Below are positions 27,501 through 37,156 of a stretch of DNA of 64,000 nt, one piece after another. Source of the DNA: an uncultured Gammaproteobacteria bacterium (GTDB lineage: Bacteria; Patescibacteriota; Microgenomatia; UBA1406; GWC2-37-13); assembly GCA_964366455.1 (NCBI GenBank), contig CAYISZ010000001.1:15111-79110 (forward strand). The letters run 5' to 3'. Below the pieces are notes generated by a model, which worked only from the letters and a program-made list of their open reading frames with translations, was not told the origin of the DNA and did not search any database. The translations under genes and the position numbers were made by a program. The stretch's first letter is position 1. Each line of letters begins with the position of its first letter.

Positions 27501-28371
27501 TGTCTAACTGAAGCGTTGCCGCATTAATTAAGTTTTTGTAAAGAAATAATACGTCGAGTGGACCAGTGCCGTTTGGAGTTTGCGTATACCAGCTTGCAAT
27601 ATTTTTTACTTCGTCTTCGCTATAGTCTCCACGAAGTTTCCCTCCTACTTTGTGGAGTCCTGTGTTAATCAACACAACTCCTTTTTTTAGCATCTTTGGA
27701 TCAAGTACTTTCTTACCAACTGAGGTGATAATAATGTCTGCTTCGTTATAGTACTGAGCTGGATCATTTGTTCGGCTATTAACGTTTATAAAACCAATTC
27801 TGAAATCATGAAGAGTCTGCGCAATAGGATGGCCACCTGTTATGCCACTACCGACAAGCACAATTTTTTTATGCTTTAATAGTTGCTTGAAAAGATTCTT
27901 ATCGTTAAGTTGGTCCGGATACACTGATTTTTTATGATTATGAGGATTTGCTACAAACTTAAGAAGAGAAATTACCGCTAGACCTAATGGTGGCAAATGA
28001 GGTGACTTGGTGCGATGACCTTCAATGTCCTTGACGGTCGGAATATAGTTGTAAAGAGTGTCGCTTTGTAGGTGAGACGGTAATGGAAGTTGAATAATGA
28101 CCCCGGTCGTGCTTGGTCTGTGAGCCAATTCTCTAAGTTTTGTCGCAAACTCTAGAAAAGGTGGGCATTTCTTAAAATGTGCGAATTCAAACTCGACTCC
28201 GATTTCTTTTGCTACCTTCTTTTTTATCGAAACAAATGAAAGCTGATCTGCTGCTGTACCAATCAACACAGTGATCAGTTTGGGGGAAGCTCCCCTCTTT
28301 TTAAGATCGCTAACCTTTTTCTTAAGGTCAGACTTCAATGAAGTGGCTATGTCACTACAAGGTATTTTCAT
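27496..28371 (-). CDS. folD: Bifunctional methylenetetrahydrofolate dehydrogenase/cyclohydrolase
   Basis: 291 aa with PKLITVLIGTAADQLSFVSIKKK and VGSGITGGHP. Confidence 0.9.
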   Translation of the reverse strand: MKIPCSDIATSLKSDLKKKVSDLKKRGASPKLITVLIGTAADQLSFVSIKKKVAKEIGVEFEFAHFKKCPPFLEFATKLRELAHRPSTTGVIIQLPLPSHLQSDTLYNYIPTVKDIEGHRTKSPHLPPLGLAVISLLKFVANPHNHKKSVYPDQLNDKNLFKQLLKHKKIVLVGSGITGGHPIAQTLHDFRIGFINVNSRTNDPAQYYNEADIIITSVGKKVLDPKMLKKGVVLINTGLHKVGGKLRGDYSEDEVKNIASWYTQTPNGTGPLDVLFLYKNLINAATLQLDS

Positions 28372-28385
28372 TATCCTGAGGCTCT

Positions 28386-28391
28386 ATTATA
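28386..28391 (-). promoter_or_regulatory. Extended -10 promoter (TGGTATAAT) of folD
   Basis: The 17-mer ATTTGGTATAATAGAGC (28381-28397) is identical to the one upstream of rplJ (34718-34734). Confidence 0.55.
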
Positions 28392-28416
28392 CCAAATTTT
28401 AAGAAGGCAACCACAG

Positions 28417-30939
28417 CTAAACGAGAGTGGCCGTTGATACTTTATCGCCAGCTTGTGAGAATCTCATAAGTATTACCCCTTTTGCGCTACGAGATCTTGA
28501 CGGAATGTCCTTTAATGGTATCTTGACTACCTGTCCTTGTGAGCTGGTGATAATCACTCCATCGTCGCCATCCTGAACGATTTCGACGAAGGCAATTTTA
28601 CCCATTTTGTCATCAACTGAGGCTACCTTAACACCTTTTCCTGCGCGATGCTGACCTTTGAAGTTGGATAATTGCGTTTTCTTGCCGACACCCTTTTCGC
28701 CGATGACAAATAGATTTTGCTTGAACTCCACTGCTCCGAAAGCATGAGCTGCAATGACTGCATTACCGTTTTCTAAAGTAATTCCCTTAACACCCATTGA
28801 GGATCGTCCAGTTGGTCTGATCTCAGACTCGTTGAACACTATCGCCTTTCCGTCACGTGTGGTTAAAATGACGTGCTTTTTACCGTCTGTTAGTCCAACC
28901 CATAGAAGTTCATCTTTTGCATCTAGTTTAATTGCGACAATTCCGTTGGTTCTTATGTGTGCAAACTGATCAAACGGTGTTTTTTTTACCGTACCTTCTT
29001 TTGTCGACATCAGAACAAATGTTGTGTTAACCATCGGTGAGTCCTTATCGTATGTAAGAAGTGAAGTGATTTTTTCTTCAGGGCGTAGTGTTACAAGATT
29101 TGCTACCGCTTTACCCTTTGAGGTTCTCGTTCCTAATGGAATTTCCCAAACTCGAGTCTGAAATACTCTTCCTTGATTTGAGAAGAAGAGTATATAGTCG
29201 TGAGCCATTGCGGTTTTAACAAAGGCCACATTGTCCGTATCCTTGGTCTCGATTCCCATAACTCCTTTACCACCTCTGTTTTGAACCTTGAAGGTCTGTC
29301 TATCGACCTGCTTGATGTAGCCTTCTTTGGTCATTACAACAATAACCTCTTTATTCTCAATCAGTTGTTCGTCTGTGATTTCGCCCGGTCTAGACTTAAT
29401 AACCTTAGTTCGTCTTTCATCACCAAACTTAGCTTTAAGTTCGGTAAGTTCATCTTTAATTACAGCAAGAACCTTAAAGATATCTTTAAGTAAGCTTTCT
29501 AGATAAGCGATTTTTTTCTTAAGTTCCTTAAGTTCTTCTTCAATCTTTGCTCTCTCAAGACCGGTTAGTCTTTTCAACTGCATATCTAAAATGGACTGTG
29601 CTTGAATATCTGAAAGTTTAAACTTTGTCATTAAGCTTGTCTTTGCTTCTGGCTCTGTCTTGGAGCTTTTGATTACCTTGATTACAGCATCTATATTATC
29701 CAAGGCAATTAAGTATCCTTCCAAAATATGTGCTCGGGCCATAGCCTGTGCTAGTTCAAACTCTGAGCGCTTTACGATGACCGTTACTCGGTGCTTAATG
29801 TAATGTTCTAAAATGCTCTTCAACCCTAATGTCTGAGGAATACCTTCGACAAGTGCCACTATATTCACAGGGAAAGTTGTCTGAAGTTCAGTGAACTTAA
29901 AAAGATTGTTAAGAACTTTTTTATACGACGCATCTCTCTTCAATTCAATTACTACTCGTATTCCATCTCGATCGGACTCGTCTCTAAGATCAGAAATTCC
30001 AACCATCTTCTTGTCATTGACTAGATTTGCAATTTTTTCAACTAAATTTGCCTTGTTTACTTGGTATGGTAACTCTGTGATTACGATTGCCGATCTACCT
30101 CGATCGAGTTCTTCTTCCTCAACAACTCCACGAATTAGAACTTTACCGCGGCCAGTCGCATAGACTTCCTGAATTTCTTTTGCTCCATAAATGACTCCGT
30201 GGGTTGGGAAATCTGGTCCCTTCACATACTCGAGAAGTTCCTCAACAGTTGTTTTGTAAGTAAGACTGTTTATGTCCTTTTTCGCTTCACCACTTTGTTT
30301 CTTCTTCGCATCGGCTGCAGTTAGAGTCGCTCTATCTACTGTGAAGCAGATTGCATCGATTAACTCAGAAAGATTATGAGGAGGAATCTTTGTCGCCATT
30401 CCGACCGCGATACCTTCTGCACCCATCAAAAGAAGATTCGGAAGTTTTGCAGGAAGAAAAATTGGCTCCTGAAGTCTTCCATCGAAGTTGTCGATGTAAT
30501 CAACGGTTTCCTTTTCGATATCCAAAAGCATTTCCTCAGCTATCTTTGCCAACTTTACTTCGGTGTAACGCATCGCGGCGGGGGGATCTCCGTCGATAGA
30601 ACCGAAGTTACCCTGTCCTCTTATAAGCGGATAGCGCATTGTGAAGTCCTGCGCCATACGAGCTAATGCTTCGTACACAGGAGAATCTCCATGCGGATGG
30701 TATTTTCCAAGAACTTCTCCGACAACTGAAGCAGATTTTGAGAATCTTGCACTGTGGTTTAGTCCAAGCTTGTGCATCGCAAAAAGAATTCTTCTATGTA
30801 CCGGCTTAAGACCATCGCGAACATCAGGAAGTGCTCGAGACACGATGACAGACATTGCGTAATCCAAGTACGCACGTTTCATCTCCGAGGCGATCTCGGT
30901 TTTGATTACTCCTTTATTGTTAAATCCTTCGTCTGACAT
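28417..30939 (-). CDS. gyrA: DNA gyrase subunit A
   Basis: 840 aa with [25 protein letters not shown] and an active-site region containing AAMRYTE. Confidence 0.97.
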   Translation of the reverse strand: MSDEGFNNKGVIKTEIASEMKRAYLDYAMSVIVSRALPDVRDGLKPVHRRILFAMHKLGLNHSARFSKSASVVGEVLGKYHPHGDSPVYEALARMAQDFTMRYPLIRGQGNFGSIDGDPPAAMRYTEVKLAKIAEEMLLDIEKETVDYIDNFDGRLQEPIFLPAKLPNLLLMGAEGIAVGMATKIPPHNLSELIDAICFTVDRATLTAADAKKKQSGEAKKDINSLTYKTTVEELLEYVKGPDFPTHGVIYGAKEIQEVYATGRGKVLIRGVVEEEELDRGRSAIVITELPYQVNKANLVEKIANLVNDKKMVGISDLRDESDRDGIRVVIELKRDASYKKVLNNLFKFTELQTTFPVNIVALVEGIPQTLGLKSILEHYIKHRVTVIVKRSEFELAQAMARAHILEGYLIALDNIDAVIKVIKSSKTEPEAKTSLMTKFKLSDIQAQSILDMQLKRLTGLERAKIEEELKELKKKIAYLESLLKDIFKVLAVIKDELTELKAKFGDERRTKVIKSRPGEITDEQLIENKEVIVVMTKEGYIKQVDRQTFKVQNRGGKGVMGIETKDTDNVAFVKTAMAHDYILFFSNQGRVFQTRVWEIPLGTRTSKGKAVANLVTLRPEEKITSLLTYDKDSPMVNTTFVLMSTKEGTVKKTPFDQFAHIRTNGIVAIKLDAKDELLWVGLTDGKKHVILTTRDGKAIVFNESEIRPTGRSSMGVKGITLENGNAVIAAHAFGAVEFKQNLFVIGEKGVGKKTQLSNFKGQHRAGKGVKVASVDDKMGKIAFVEIVQDGDDGVIITSSQGQVVKIPLKDIPSRSRSAKGVILMRFSQAGDKVSTATLV

Positions 30940-30952
30940 GTCTGTAATTAGA

Positions 30953-31028
30953 TTTGAAATTTAAAATTCGAAATTTGAAATCAATTTGAAATGTTTAAAA
31001 ATTAAAAACTTCAAATTAAAAATTAACT
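30953..31028. repeat. Heptamer-word (TTYRAAA) array immediately upstream of the gyrA start; copy A of a conserved element
   Basis: The 56 nt at 30953-31008 match 39685-39740 with 2 mismatches by eye. The tail cttcaaattaaaaatta is also shared. Confidence 0.8.
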
Positions 31029-31029
31029 A

Positions 31030-31545
31030 TTACTTCATTGATTTTTTTATTGCTGCAATTGCCGCATCTTTACCCAAGAAATCTTTGGTCTTGACCCATT
31101 TGTTTGGTTCAAGATCTTTATAGTGATCGAAATAGTGTTTTATTTTATTTTTTACTATCTCATCTAACTGATCCACGCTGTCGATGTGTGCATGAAATGG
31201 GTCGGCTTTTTTGGAAGGAAGCGCGATTATCTTGGTATCGACACCTGCCTCATCCTCCATTTCTAACATTCCAATAACTCGGGCCTCGATTCCTACTCCA
31301 GGATGAAGTGGTTGAGGGGTAATTACCAAAACATCTAGTGGATCGCCGTCCTCACCATGAGTGCTCGGGACGAATCCATAATTTGCTGGGAAGGCCATGG
31401 TTGTGTAAGCAAAACGATCAACCATCACCATCTCGTTGTCCTTATCTACCTCATACTTAATGTAAGATCCCTCTGGAATCTCGATAACAACCATAATCTC
31501 ACCCTTCATTGGGTCTTTACCTGCCGAAAGTTTAGAAATATTCAT
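31030..31545 (-). CDS. ppa: Inorganic pyrophosphatase (family I)
   Basis: 171 aa with EIPEGSYIKYEVDK, YGFVPST and DGDPLDVLV. Confidence 0.95.
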   Translation of the reverse strand: MNISKLSAGKDPMKGEIMVVIEIPEGSYIKYEVDKDNEMVMVDRFAYTTMAFPANYGFVPSTHGEDGDPLDVLVITPQPLHPGVGIEARVIGMLEMEDEAGVDTKIIALPSKKADPFHAHIDSVDQLDEIVKNKIKHYFDHYKDLEPNKWVKTKDFLGKDAAIAAIKKSMK

Positions 31546-31566
31546 ATATTTTTAGAAAATTTATAA

Positions 31567-33489
31567 TTAGAAATCAAGATTTGCTAACTTAGCGTGCGTA
31601 ACAATAAATTTCTTTCTTGGAGGAACCTCATCACCCATCAACATTGTAAATACATGATCCGCTTCAGTCGCGTCCTCAATGTTCACCTGCTTTAAGATTC
31701 TGTTATCTGGATTCATTGTTGTTTCCCATAGTTGCTCTGCATTCATCTCTCCTAGACCTTTGTATCGTTGAACGATCGCATTTTCACCCATTGTTTTTAG
31801 CGCCGCATCACGCTCTTCGGGAGTAAAGGCGTACGCGATTTTTTTACCAAACTGAATTTTAAATAAAGGTGGTTGGGCGATATAAAGATGGCCTTTGAAA
31901 ATAATATCTGCTAAATGTCTAAAGAAAAAGGTTAAAAGCAGTGTTCGGATATGCTCTCCGTCTACATCCGCGTCGGTCATTATGCAGATTTTATGATAGC
32001 GAAGCTTTTGATAGTCGATGTTTTCTCCAATTCCCATTCCAAGTGCGATAACTAGATCTTTTAATTCTTTAAACGCCAGAACTTTATCAAGATACGCTCT
32101 CTCGGTGTTTAGAACCTTTCCTCTAAGTGGCAAAATTGCCTGAAACTTACGATTTCGGCCTTGTTTGGCTGTACCACCTGCCGAGTTACCCTCGACAAGG
32201 AAAAGTTCTGATTTTGCAGGGTCTTTTTCGGAGCAGTCAGCTAGTTTACCTGGGAGCGTGGCTCCTTCTAAGGCTCCTTTTCGAAGCACTGCGTCTTTTG
32301 CTGCCTTTGCCGCCAAACGTGCCTTCTGAGCTAAAAGAATTCTTGAAAGAATGTCTCTTCCAATTCTTGGATTCTCCTCTAAAAAGACGTCTAGATGTTC
32401 TCCTACTGTTTGTTGTACCAATGTCTGAATCTCTGAGTTTCCCAACTTGGTCTTTGTCTGACCCTCAAACTGAAGATTTGTGGACGGCATCTTTACGTAG
32501 ACGATTGCCGATAGTCCCTCTTTCGTGTCCTCTCCAGTTAAAGGATCTTTAAGGTCCTTTTCACTAAGAATGCTTTTTGCGTAGCTGTTTATGGACTTGG
32601 TAAGCGCAATCCTGAATCCCGTCAGATGCGTTCCACCTTCTTGAGTGTTAATGACGTTTACAAAGGACATAACGTGCTCGTTTATCGAGTCGTTGTACTG
32701 GATGGCTACCTCAAGCTCCTTGTCATCGACCTGACGCTTTAGATAGATAGCATCATGTACGACTTTTTTGCCTCTATTGATGTCTCGAAGAAGCGACAGG
32801 ATTCCTCCGTCAAAGTAGTAGGCAACCTTATCGTTGGTTTTTTTGTTTTCTACCTTAAACGAAACATTGTTAATTAGGTAGGCACGTTCTTTAACCTGTT
32901 TTTTGAAGTTTCCGTAGTGAATTTCTACGGTTTCCTTAAAGATTTCTGGATCTGGGAGGAAGGATACACCGGTTCCCTGGCTGTACGGGAAGTTCATCAT
33001 TGAGTCCTTTACCTTTTTGACGGGACCCATCGGAACGCCTCTTTTGTATTCTTGTCTGTAAAGAATGCCCTCACGCTTAACCTCGACAATCAAGTGCTCG
33101 GAAAGTGCATTAACCACCGATGCTCCGACTCCGTGAAGTCCTCCTGAGACTTTGTATGCTGAGGTTGTGAACTTTCCTCCTGCATGAAGCTTGGTCATAA
33201 CCAGCTCAAGAGCTGATGTTTTATGCTTTGCGTTGGTCTCGACAGGAATTCCTCGACCATCGTCAAAGACTGTGAGATAGTTGTTCTCTTGAATGGTTAC
33301 GTAGATGTTTTTACAGAAGCCTGCGAGTGATTCATCGATTGCGTTATCTAGAATTTCTTGGAGACAGTGGTTAACTCCTGTCTGGGAAGTGGAGCCGATA
33401 TACATGCCGGGGCGCTTTCTGACGGGCTCTAACCCTTCTAGAACAACGATGGATTCTGCGCTATATTTCGGTGTATCTGATTTAGCCAT
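31567..33489 (-). CDS. gyrB: DNA gyrase subunit B
   Basis: 640 aa with LEGLEPVRKRPGMYIG, GGLHGVG, EGNSAGG and PLRGKVLN. Confidence 0.97.
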   Translation of the reverse strand: MAKSDTPKYSAESIVVLEGLEPVRKRPGMYIGSTSQTGVNHCLQEILDNAIDESLAGFCKNIYVTIQENNYLTVFDDGRGIPVETNAKHKTSALELVMTKLHAGGKFTTSAYKVSGGLHGVGASVVNALSEHLIVEVKREGILYRQEYKRGVPMGPVKKVKDSMMNFPYSQGTGVSFLPDPEIFKETVEIHYGNFKKQVKERAYLINNVSFKVENKKTNDKVAYYFDGGILSLLRDINRGKKVVHDAIYLKRQVDDKELEVAIQYNDSINEHVMSFVNVINTQEGGTHLTGFRIALTKSINSYAKSILSEKDLKDPLTGEDTKEGLSAIVYVKMPSTNLQFEGQTKTKLGNSEIQTLVQQTVGEHLDVFLEENPRIGRDILSRILLAQKARLAAKAAKDAVLRKGALEGATLPGKLADCSEKDPAKSELFLVEGNSAGGTAKQGRNRKFQAILPLRGKVLNTERAYLDKVLAFKELKDLVIALGMGIGENIDYQKLRYHKICIMTDADVDGEHIRTLLLTFFFRHLADIIFKGHLYIAQPPLFKIQFGKKIAYAFTPEERDAALKTMGENAIVQRYKGLGEMNAEQLWETTMNPDNRILKQVNIEDATEADHVFTMLMGDEVPPRKKFIVTHAKLANLDF

Positions 33490-33542
33490 TAGGATTAATT
33501 GTACATGAATTTTCGTGGCTAGTCTAGCTTAAATGTAGGCAT

Positions 33543-33567
33543 AAAAAAACCCCCCGGATTTCGGGGG
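33543..33567 (-). terminator. Rho-independent terminator downstream of rplL
   Basis: Minus strand reads CCCCCGAAATCCGGGGGG followed by TTTTTTT. An additional hairpin atcccgatgaaaatcgggat lies at 33588-33607. Confidence 0.75.
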
Positions 33568-33623
33568 ATTTAAAAATTTCTTTTTGGATCCCGATTTTCA
33601 TCGGGATTTCGCTTAAATAATTC

Positions 33624-34010
33624 TTATTTAAGCTCAACTTTAGCACCTGCTGCTTCAAGTTTCTTCTTTGCCTCTTCTGCTGGATCTTTTTTGACATCCT
33701 TTAGAATTTCTTGTGGTGCTGATTCAGCAACCTTTTTCGCTTCCATCAATCCTAGTTGAGGATTGATCTCTCGAAGTGCTTTAATGACACCAAGTTTGTT
33801 GTCTCCTGCTGCTGTAAGAACTACGGTAAACGAGGTTTTTTCTTCAACTTCCTCAGCTGGTGCTGCTGCGCCTGCTGGAGCTGCTGCTGCTGCCATTGCG
33901 GTGACACCAAACTTTTCTTCTAAGTAAGAAGCTAATTCAGCTACCTCAACGACTGTAAGTCCCTCGATTTGTTCTGCGATTTTTTTTGTTTTATCTGATA
34001 ATTCTGCCAT
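33624..34010 (-). CDS. rplL: 50S ribosomal protein L7/L12
   Basis: Ala-rich hinge and a KVELK C-terminus. GGGAGG Shine-Dalgarno 8 nt upstream. Confidence 0.97.
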   Translation of the reverse strand: MAELSDKTKKIAEQIEGLTVVEVAELASYLEEKFGVTAMAAAAAPAGAAAPAEEVEEKTSFTVVLTAAGDNKLGVIKALREINPQLGLMEAKKVAESAPQEILKDVKKDPAEEAKKKLEAAGAKVELK

Positions 34011-34049
34011 GTATGTGTCACCTCCCTTCGTTCGGATTAATAAATTAGT

Positions 34050-34097
34050 CCGTTAATGTGTTAATGAGTTAACGCGTTAACCCGTGAACTCCTGAAC
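34050..34097. repeat. Degenerate octamer array (NNGTTAAY)x6
   Basis: ccgttaat gtgttaat gagttaac gcgttaac ccgtgaac tcctgaac. Contains the 14-nt perfect palindrome GTTAACGCGTTAAC. Confidence 0.75.
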
Positions 34098-34107
34098 TGT
34101 TTAATAA

Positions 34108-34647
34108 TTAATTAGCTTGCTTTGCTCGCTCTTTAAGTACGAGTGTTAATTTAGAAATATTGAACTTCATTGCATAGACCAATTTGCTCGATGGTGACTT
34201 CAGTCCACCGATCAGTTTTGCGATCAACTCTGCCTTGGATGGAAGAACCGCAATTTTCTGAAGCTCTTCTCCAAGATACATTGATTTATCCAAGATTCCA
34301 ATTTTGAAAGAAACGGTTGTATCTTTCTTTGCGAATGTCTGAAATGCTTTCAAACCCTTTGCATAGTCTTCCCCAAGGGTTAGAACTGCTGTGCTCTCAG
34401 TAAGAGGAAATATTTTGGTTACTAATTCTTGTAGCTCTTTTTTAGACTTAGCTTGAGTCTGAAGAGCTTTCTGAAGAAGAGTGTTTTTAACAACTCTTAT
34501 CTTTGATTCTTGTTCTTTTAGACCATGTCGAAGTTCTTCAAGAGCTTTATGCTTAGTTTTTTCGTACTTGATAAGTGCAAAGTTTGGAGCACTGTTCAAA
34601 AGCTGAACGAGAGATTCTACCTGAGTTTTTTTTGTTTGATTTGCCAT
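34108..34647 (-). CDS. rplJ: 50S ribosomal protein L10
   Basis: 179 aa, positioned directly upstream of rplL, with an L10-like sequence. Confidence 0.9.
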   Translation of the reverse strand: MANQTKKTQVESLVQLLNSAPNFALIKYEKTKHKALEELRHGLKEQESKIRVVKNTLLQKALQTQAKSKKELQELVTKIFPLTESTAVLTLGEDYAKGLKAFQTFAKKDTTVSFKIGILDKSMYLGEELQKIAVLPSKAELIAKLIGGLKSPSSKLVYAMKFNISKLTLVLKERAKQAN

Positions 34648-34745
34648 AAATATTCACTGCTTAGGAACTTTTTTATTTCGGTAATCCGAAAACCTAAGGT
34701 CTTTGTGAAACGCGAAGCTCTATTATACCAAATGGAATATCTGAT
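34648..34745 (-). promoter_or_regulatory. rplJ promoter (TGGTATAAT at 34722-34730) plus a structured ~68-nt leader (candidate L10 autoregulatory leader)
   Basis: The minus-strand leader contains the nested hairpin CCTTAGG-TTTTCGG-ATTA-CCGAAA-...-CCTAAG between the -10 box and the ATG. Confidence 0.5.
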
Positions 34746-35042
34746 TTAAAGGTCTCCGAGTAATTCTTTTAGTGATTTTGGTTCATTGTCTCCTGAACCA
34801 CCTTTTTTCTTTGATTTGTTGCCTCCAGCTTTCTGCATGGTCACGGCTAGTTGTTGTTTCTTTTGGAAGCTCTCAACTCGTCCCTTGGTATCGATGAATT
34901 TGTGCTCACCCGTAAAGTAAGGATGACACTTAGAACAAACATCAATTGAGATGCTTGGCTTCAAAGACTTAGTTTTGAAAACATTTCCGCATGAGCAGGA
35001 AACTGTAGCTTCAATAAATTCTGGATGAATACTTTTTTGCAT
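34746..35042 (-). CDS. rpmE: 50S ribosomal protein L31
   Basis: MQKSIHPEF...CSCGN...[10 protein letters not shown]. Start placed at ATG 35042; the alternative is ATG 35063. Has a basic C-terminal extension. Confidence 0.85.
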   Translation of the reverse strand: MQKSIHPEFIEATVSCSCGNVFKTKSLKPSISIDVCSKCHPYFTGEHKFIDTKGRVESFQKKQQLAVTMQKAGGNKSKKKGGSGDNEPKSLKELLGDL

Positions 35043-35092
35043 AGGTGTGATCGCTTGTAACATAGAAGCAAGAACTAATTATAGCAGAAAAA

Positions 35093-35890
35093 TTAAGCTT
35101 TGGTAGCTATCTTCCTTCCTCGACCAAGTACTTTTAATTGAGCGGGTTCCAATCTAATGTCTGGATCGGCTGACACCAAATCACTGATAAAAGTTTTGTA
35201 TGCGACAGCTCCCTTTCTTGACAATTGACCAATATCATAAGGTATCCTTTCTCCCCCGTTTCTTTCAAATAACGTATATCCAAAACGTGCAAATGCTGGA
35301 TCTAAGTCAGCGAAATGATTAACTAGTACGTCATTTACCACAACAGCGGGTATTCCGTGGTTAATTCCTGCCTGTACTTGTGGCAATTCTTCCCAAAATC
35401 TACCGTTATTCAACTGAACGCTAAAGTCGTCATCAACAAATTTTCTAAAAATTGAATCATGGGATGAAAATAATTGACGGTAAAGAATACTATGGCCATT
35501 ATTGGTACCTGGCCACGCCGTCCTAAACGGTACGGTTAACGCAACTCCAACACATAGTTCAAAAAGATCTCTCAGTTCAGCTTCACTAAAATGTGTATGC
35601 GCCCATTCCCTTGCTTTGGAACGTTTTTCTTCAAGGTCGCTTTTGCTTTCGCCATGTCTATGTAACATTTCACTCAGAGTTGGTGTTACTTCTAGCGCCT
35701 GTCCGTCCAGACTCGATAGTACATGCCAAAAAGCTCCACGCTGTAAATCGCCAAACAATCTCAGCACGTCTTTATCGATCGGTTGTTCCCCACGTCTGTC
35801 GATATAACTCCAAGGGAAAGCCCTCACTCCGTCTGCAACCGACGGTTTTACGACCTCAGTATCATATGTGAAGTGTTCAGCTCGTATCAT
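35093..35890 (-). CDS. Hypothetical protein (orphan; looks more GC-rich than its surroundings)
   Basis: 265-aa clean ORF with no recognised motif. Long antisense ORFs (35502..35807, 35593..35871) are consistent with locally higher GC. Confidence 0.55.
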   Translation of the reverse strand: MIRAEHFTYDTEVVKPSVADGVRAFPWSYIDRRGEQPIDKDVLRLFGDLQRGAFWHVLSSLDGQALEVTPTLSEMLHRHGESKSDLEEKRSKAREWAHTHFSEAELRDLFELCVGVALTVPFRTAWPGTNNGHSILYRQLFSSHDSIFRKFVDDDFSVQLNNGRFWEELPQVQAGINHGIPAVVVNDVLVNHFADLDPAFARFGYTLFERNGGERIPYDIGQLSRKGAVAYKTFISDLVSADPDIRLEPAQLKVLGRGRKIATKA

Positions 35891-35956
35891 AACGTGGGTA
35901 TCATAGTTATATTTGACAGCTTTGTCAAACTAGTCGGGTTTTAAAATAGAAGAAAT

Positions 35957-36403
35957 TCAGGCTGCGTATTTCTTTTTGTACTCCTGAATCGTTTGGTAGT
36001 GGTCGAAGGCAAAGTCTTTCTCCAAAGGTAAGGCGTCTAGACTAAACCACTTAACCTCTGTGCTTTCTGAGTCTGCTTCTCCAGTCTGTCCTAGTGGTTT
36101 AACAATGTAGATGAAGGCTACATTTTGTCTGTCTTCTTGGGGGCGGTTTGGATTATCAATTATGGTATATAGATTTTCAACCGTTACATCGTACCCTGTT
36201 TCCTCCTTTACTTCTCGTACAACTGCTTCCTCAGCGGTTTCATCTCGATCCAAGAATCCACCTGGGAAGGCGTATTTACCACCGTTTGTTAAATGCTCGG
36301 CTCTTTTAATAAGAAGAATTTTGTTTTTATCTACAACAAGTGCGTCAACAACCACATGGCGCTGATTGCCTGTTCCACCATCTTCAAACGTGCATGTAAG
36401 CAT
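35957..36403 (-). CDS. NUDIX hydrolase
   Basis: Nudix box GGFLDRDETAEEAVVREVKEETG. Start set to ATG 36403 (MLTCTF), 1 nt after the RF stop (TAA T ATG). TGA stop. Confidence 0.8.
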   Translation of the reverse strand: MLTCTFEDGGTGNQRHVVVDALVVDKNKILLIKRAEHLTNGGKYAFPGGFLDRDETAEEAVVREVKEETGYDVTVENLYTIIDNPNRPQEDRQNVAFIYIVKPLGQTGEADSESTEVKWFSLDALPLEKDFAFDHYQTIQEYKKKYAA

Positions 36404-36404
36404 A

Positions 36405-37097
36405 TTAGTTCGTGGCGAATACCTTTTCCCATTTACCGTTGGCGATGATGTCCTCAAGATTATGGAAGCTTTTATTAATACGGTGATCGGTGAGGCGATT
36501 TTGGGGAAAGTTGTACGTGCGGATTTTGTCCGAACGTTCCCCTGTTCCAATATTTTTCACATATGACTGGGAGATTCCACGTTTTTTTTCTTCTTCAAGT
36601 TGGTAAAGTTTACCGAGCAGGAGCTCCATCGCGATTTCTCTATTTTGCATCTGCTGTCTTTCTGTCTGTGAGGTTACGATAATTCCGGTTGGTCTGTGAA
36701 TGAGTCTGACCGCAGTTGAAACCTTGTTGACGTTTTGTCCTCCATGACCACCAGCTCTAAAAAATTCCCATTCAAGCTCGCTTGGATTAATCTTTACCTC
36801 GAAGGCATTAATGTGAGGAAGGACTACAATAACACAGGTAGAGGTATGAATTCTTCCTTTACGTTCCGTATCGGGAACGCGCTGAACTCTATGAACGCCA
36901 GTTTCATTTTTGAAAAAGTTGAAAGCATTCTCTCCTTTTATTCTTATGATATCCTCTTCTATATAGTTGAACTTAAAACCATTGCGCTCAGCAAAACGGA
37001 TATAAGAAAGTAATAATTCCTTCATCCAGAGCTTAGACTCATCCCCTCCTACACCAGGAGATCCCTCAATAATAGCAATGTTTGGATTGACGTTCAT
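36405..37097 (-). CDS. prfA: Class I peptide chain release factor, RF1-like (PxT type), lacking N-terminal domain 1
   Basis: 230 aa with [18 protein letters not shown] (PxT), [10 protein letters not shown] (GGQ) and [15 protein letters not shown]. The sequence begins at the segment equivalent to the start of domain 2 ([12 protein letters not shown]). Confidence 0.8.
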   Translation of the reverse strand: MNVNPNIAIIEGSPGVGGDESKLWMKELLLSYIRFAERNGFKFNYIEEDIIRIKGENAFNFFKNETGVHRVQRVPDTERKGRIHTSTCVIVVLPHINAFEVKINPSELEWEFFRAGGHGGQNVNKVSTAVRLIHRPTGIIVTSQTERQQMQNREIAMELLLGKLYQLEEEKKRGISQSYVKNIGTGERSDKIRTYNFPQNRLTDHRINKSFHNLEDIIANGKWEKVFATN

Positions 37098-37099
37098 AA

Positions 37100-37134
37100 T
37101 TATTTCTTATTTTTTAGTTCTTAGTTTTTAATAA
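37100..37134. repeat. Heptamer array (TTAKTTY)x5 immediately upstream of the RF gene
   Basis: ttatttc ttatttt ttagttc ttagttt ttaataa. Inverted words gaacttagaac at 37161-37171 lie inside the hisS 3' end. Confidence 0.6.
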
Positions 37135-37156
37135 ATGAAGCTTTAAGAAATTAGAA

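Noticed and set aside
32127-32552. 141-aa plus-strand ORF inside gyrB, and similar antisense ORFs in gyrA (28754..30862 group)
   Set aside because: They are fully contained antisense to highly conserved gyrase genes, and their Leu/Pro/Ser/Arg-rich composition is typical of shadow frames.
35502-35871. Two overlapping plus-strand ORFs (101 and 92 aa)
   Set aside because: They are antisense to the 265-aa orphan. They are best explained by locally higher GC reducing stop-codon frequency, and the minus-strand ORF is much longer and has a promoter.
36405-37156. Programmed +1 frameshift or split gene supplying the missing RF domain 1
   Set aside because: Only 59 nt of repeat-filled spacer lie between the ATG and the hisS stop. 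No alternative frame with RF domain 1-like sequence exists upstream.
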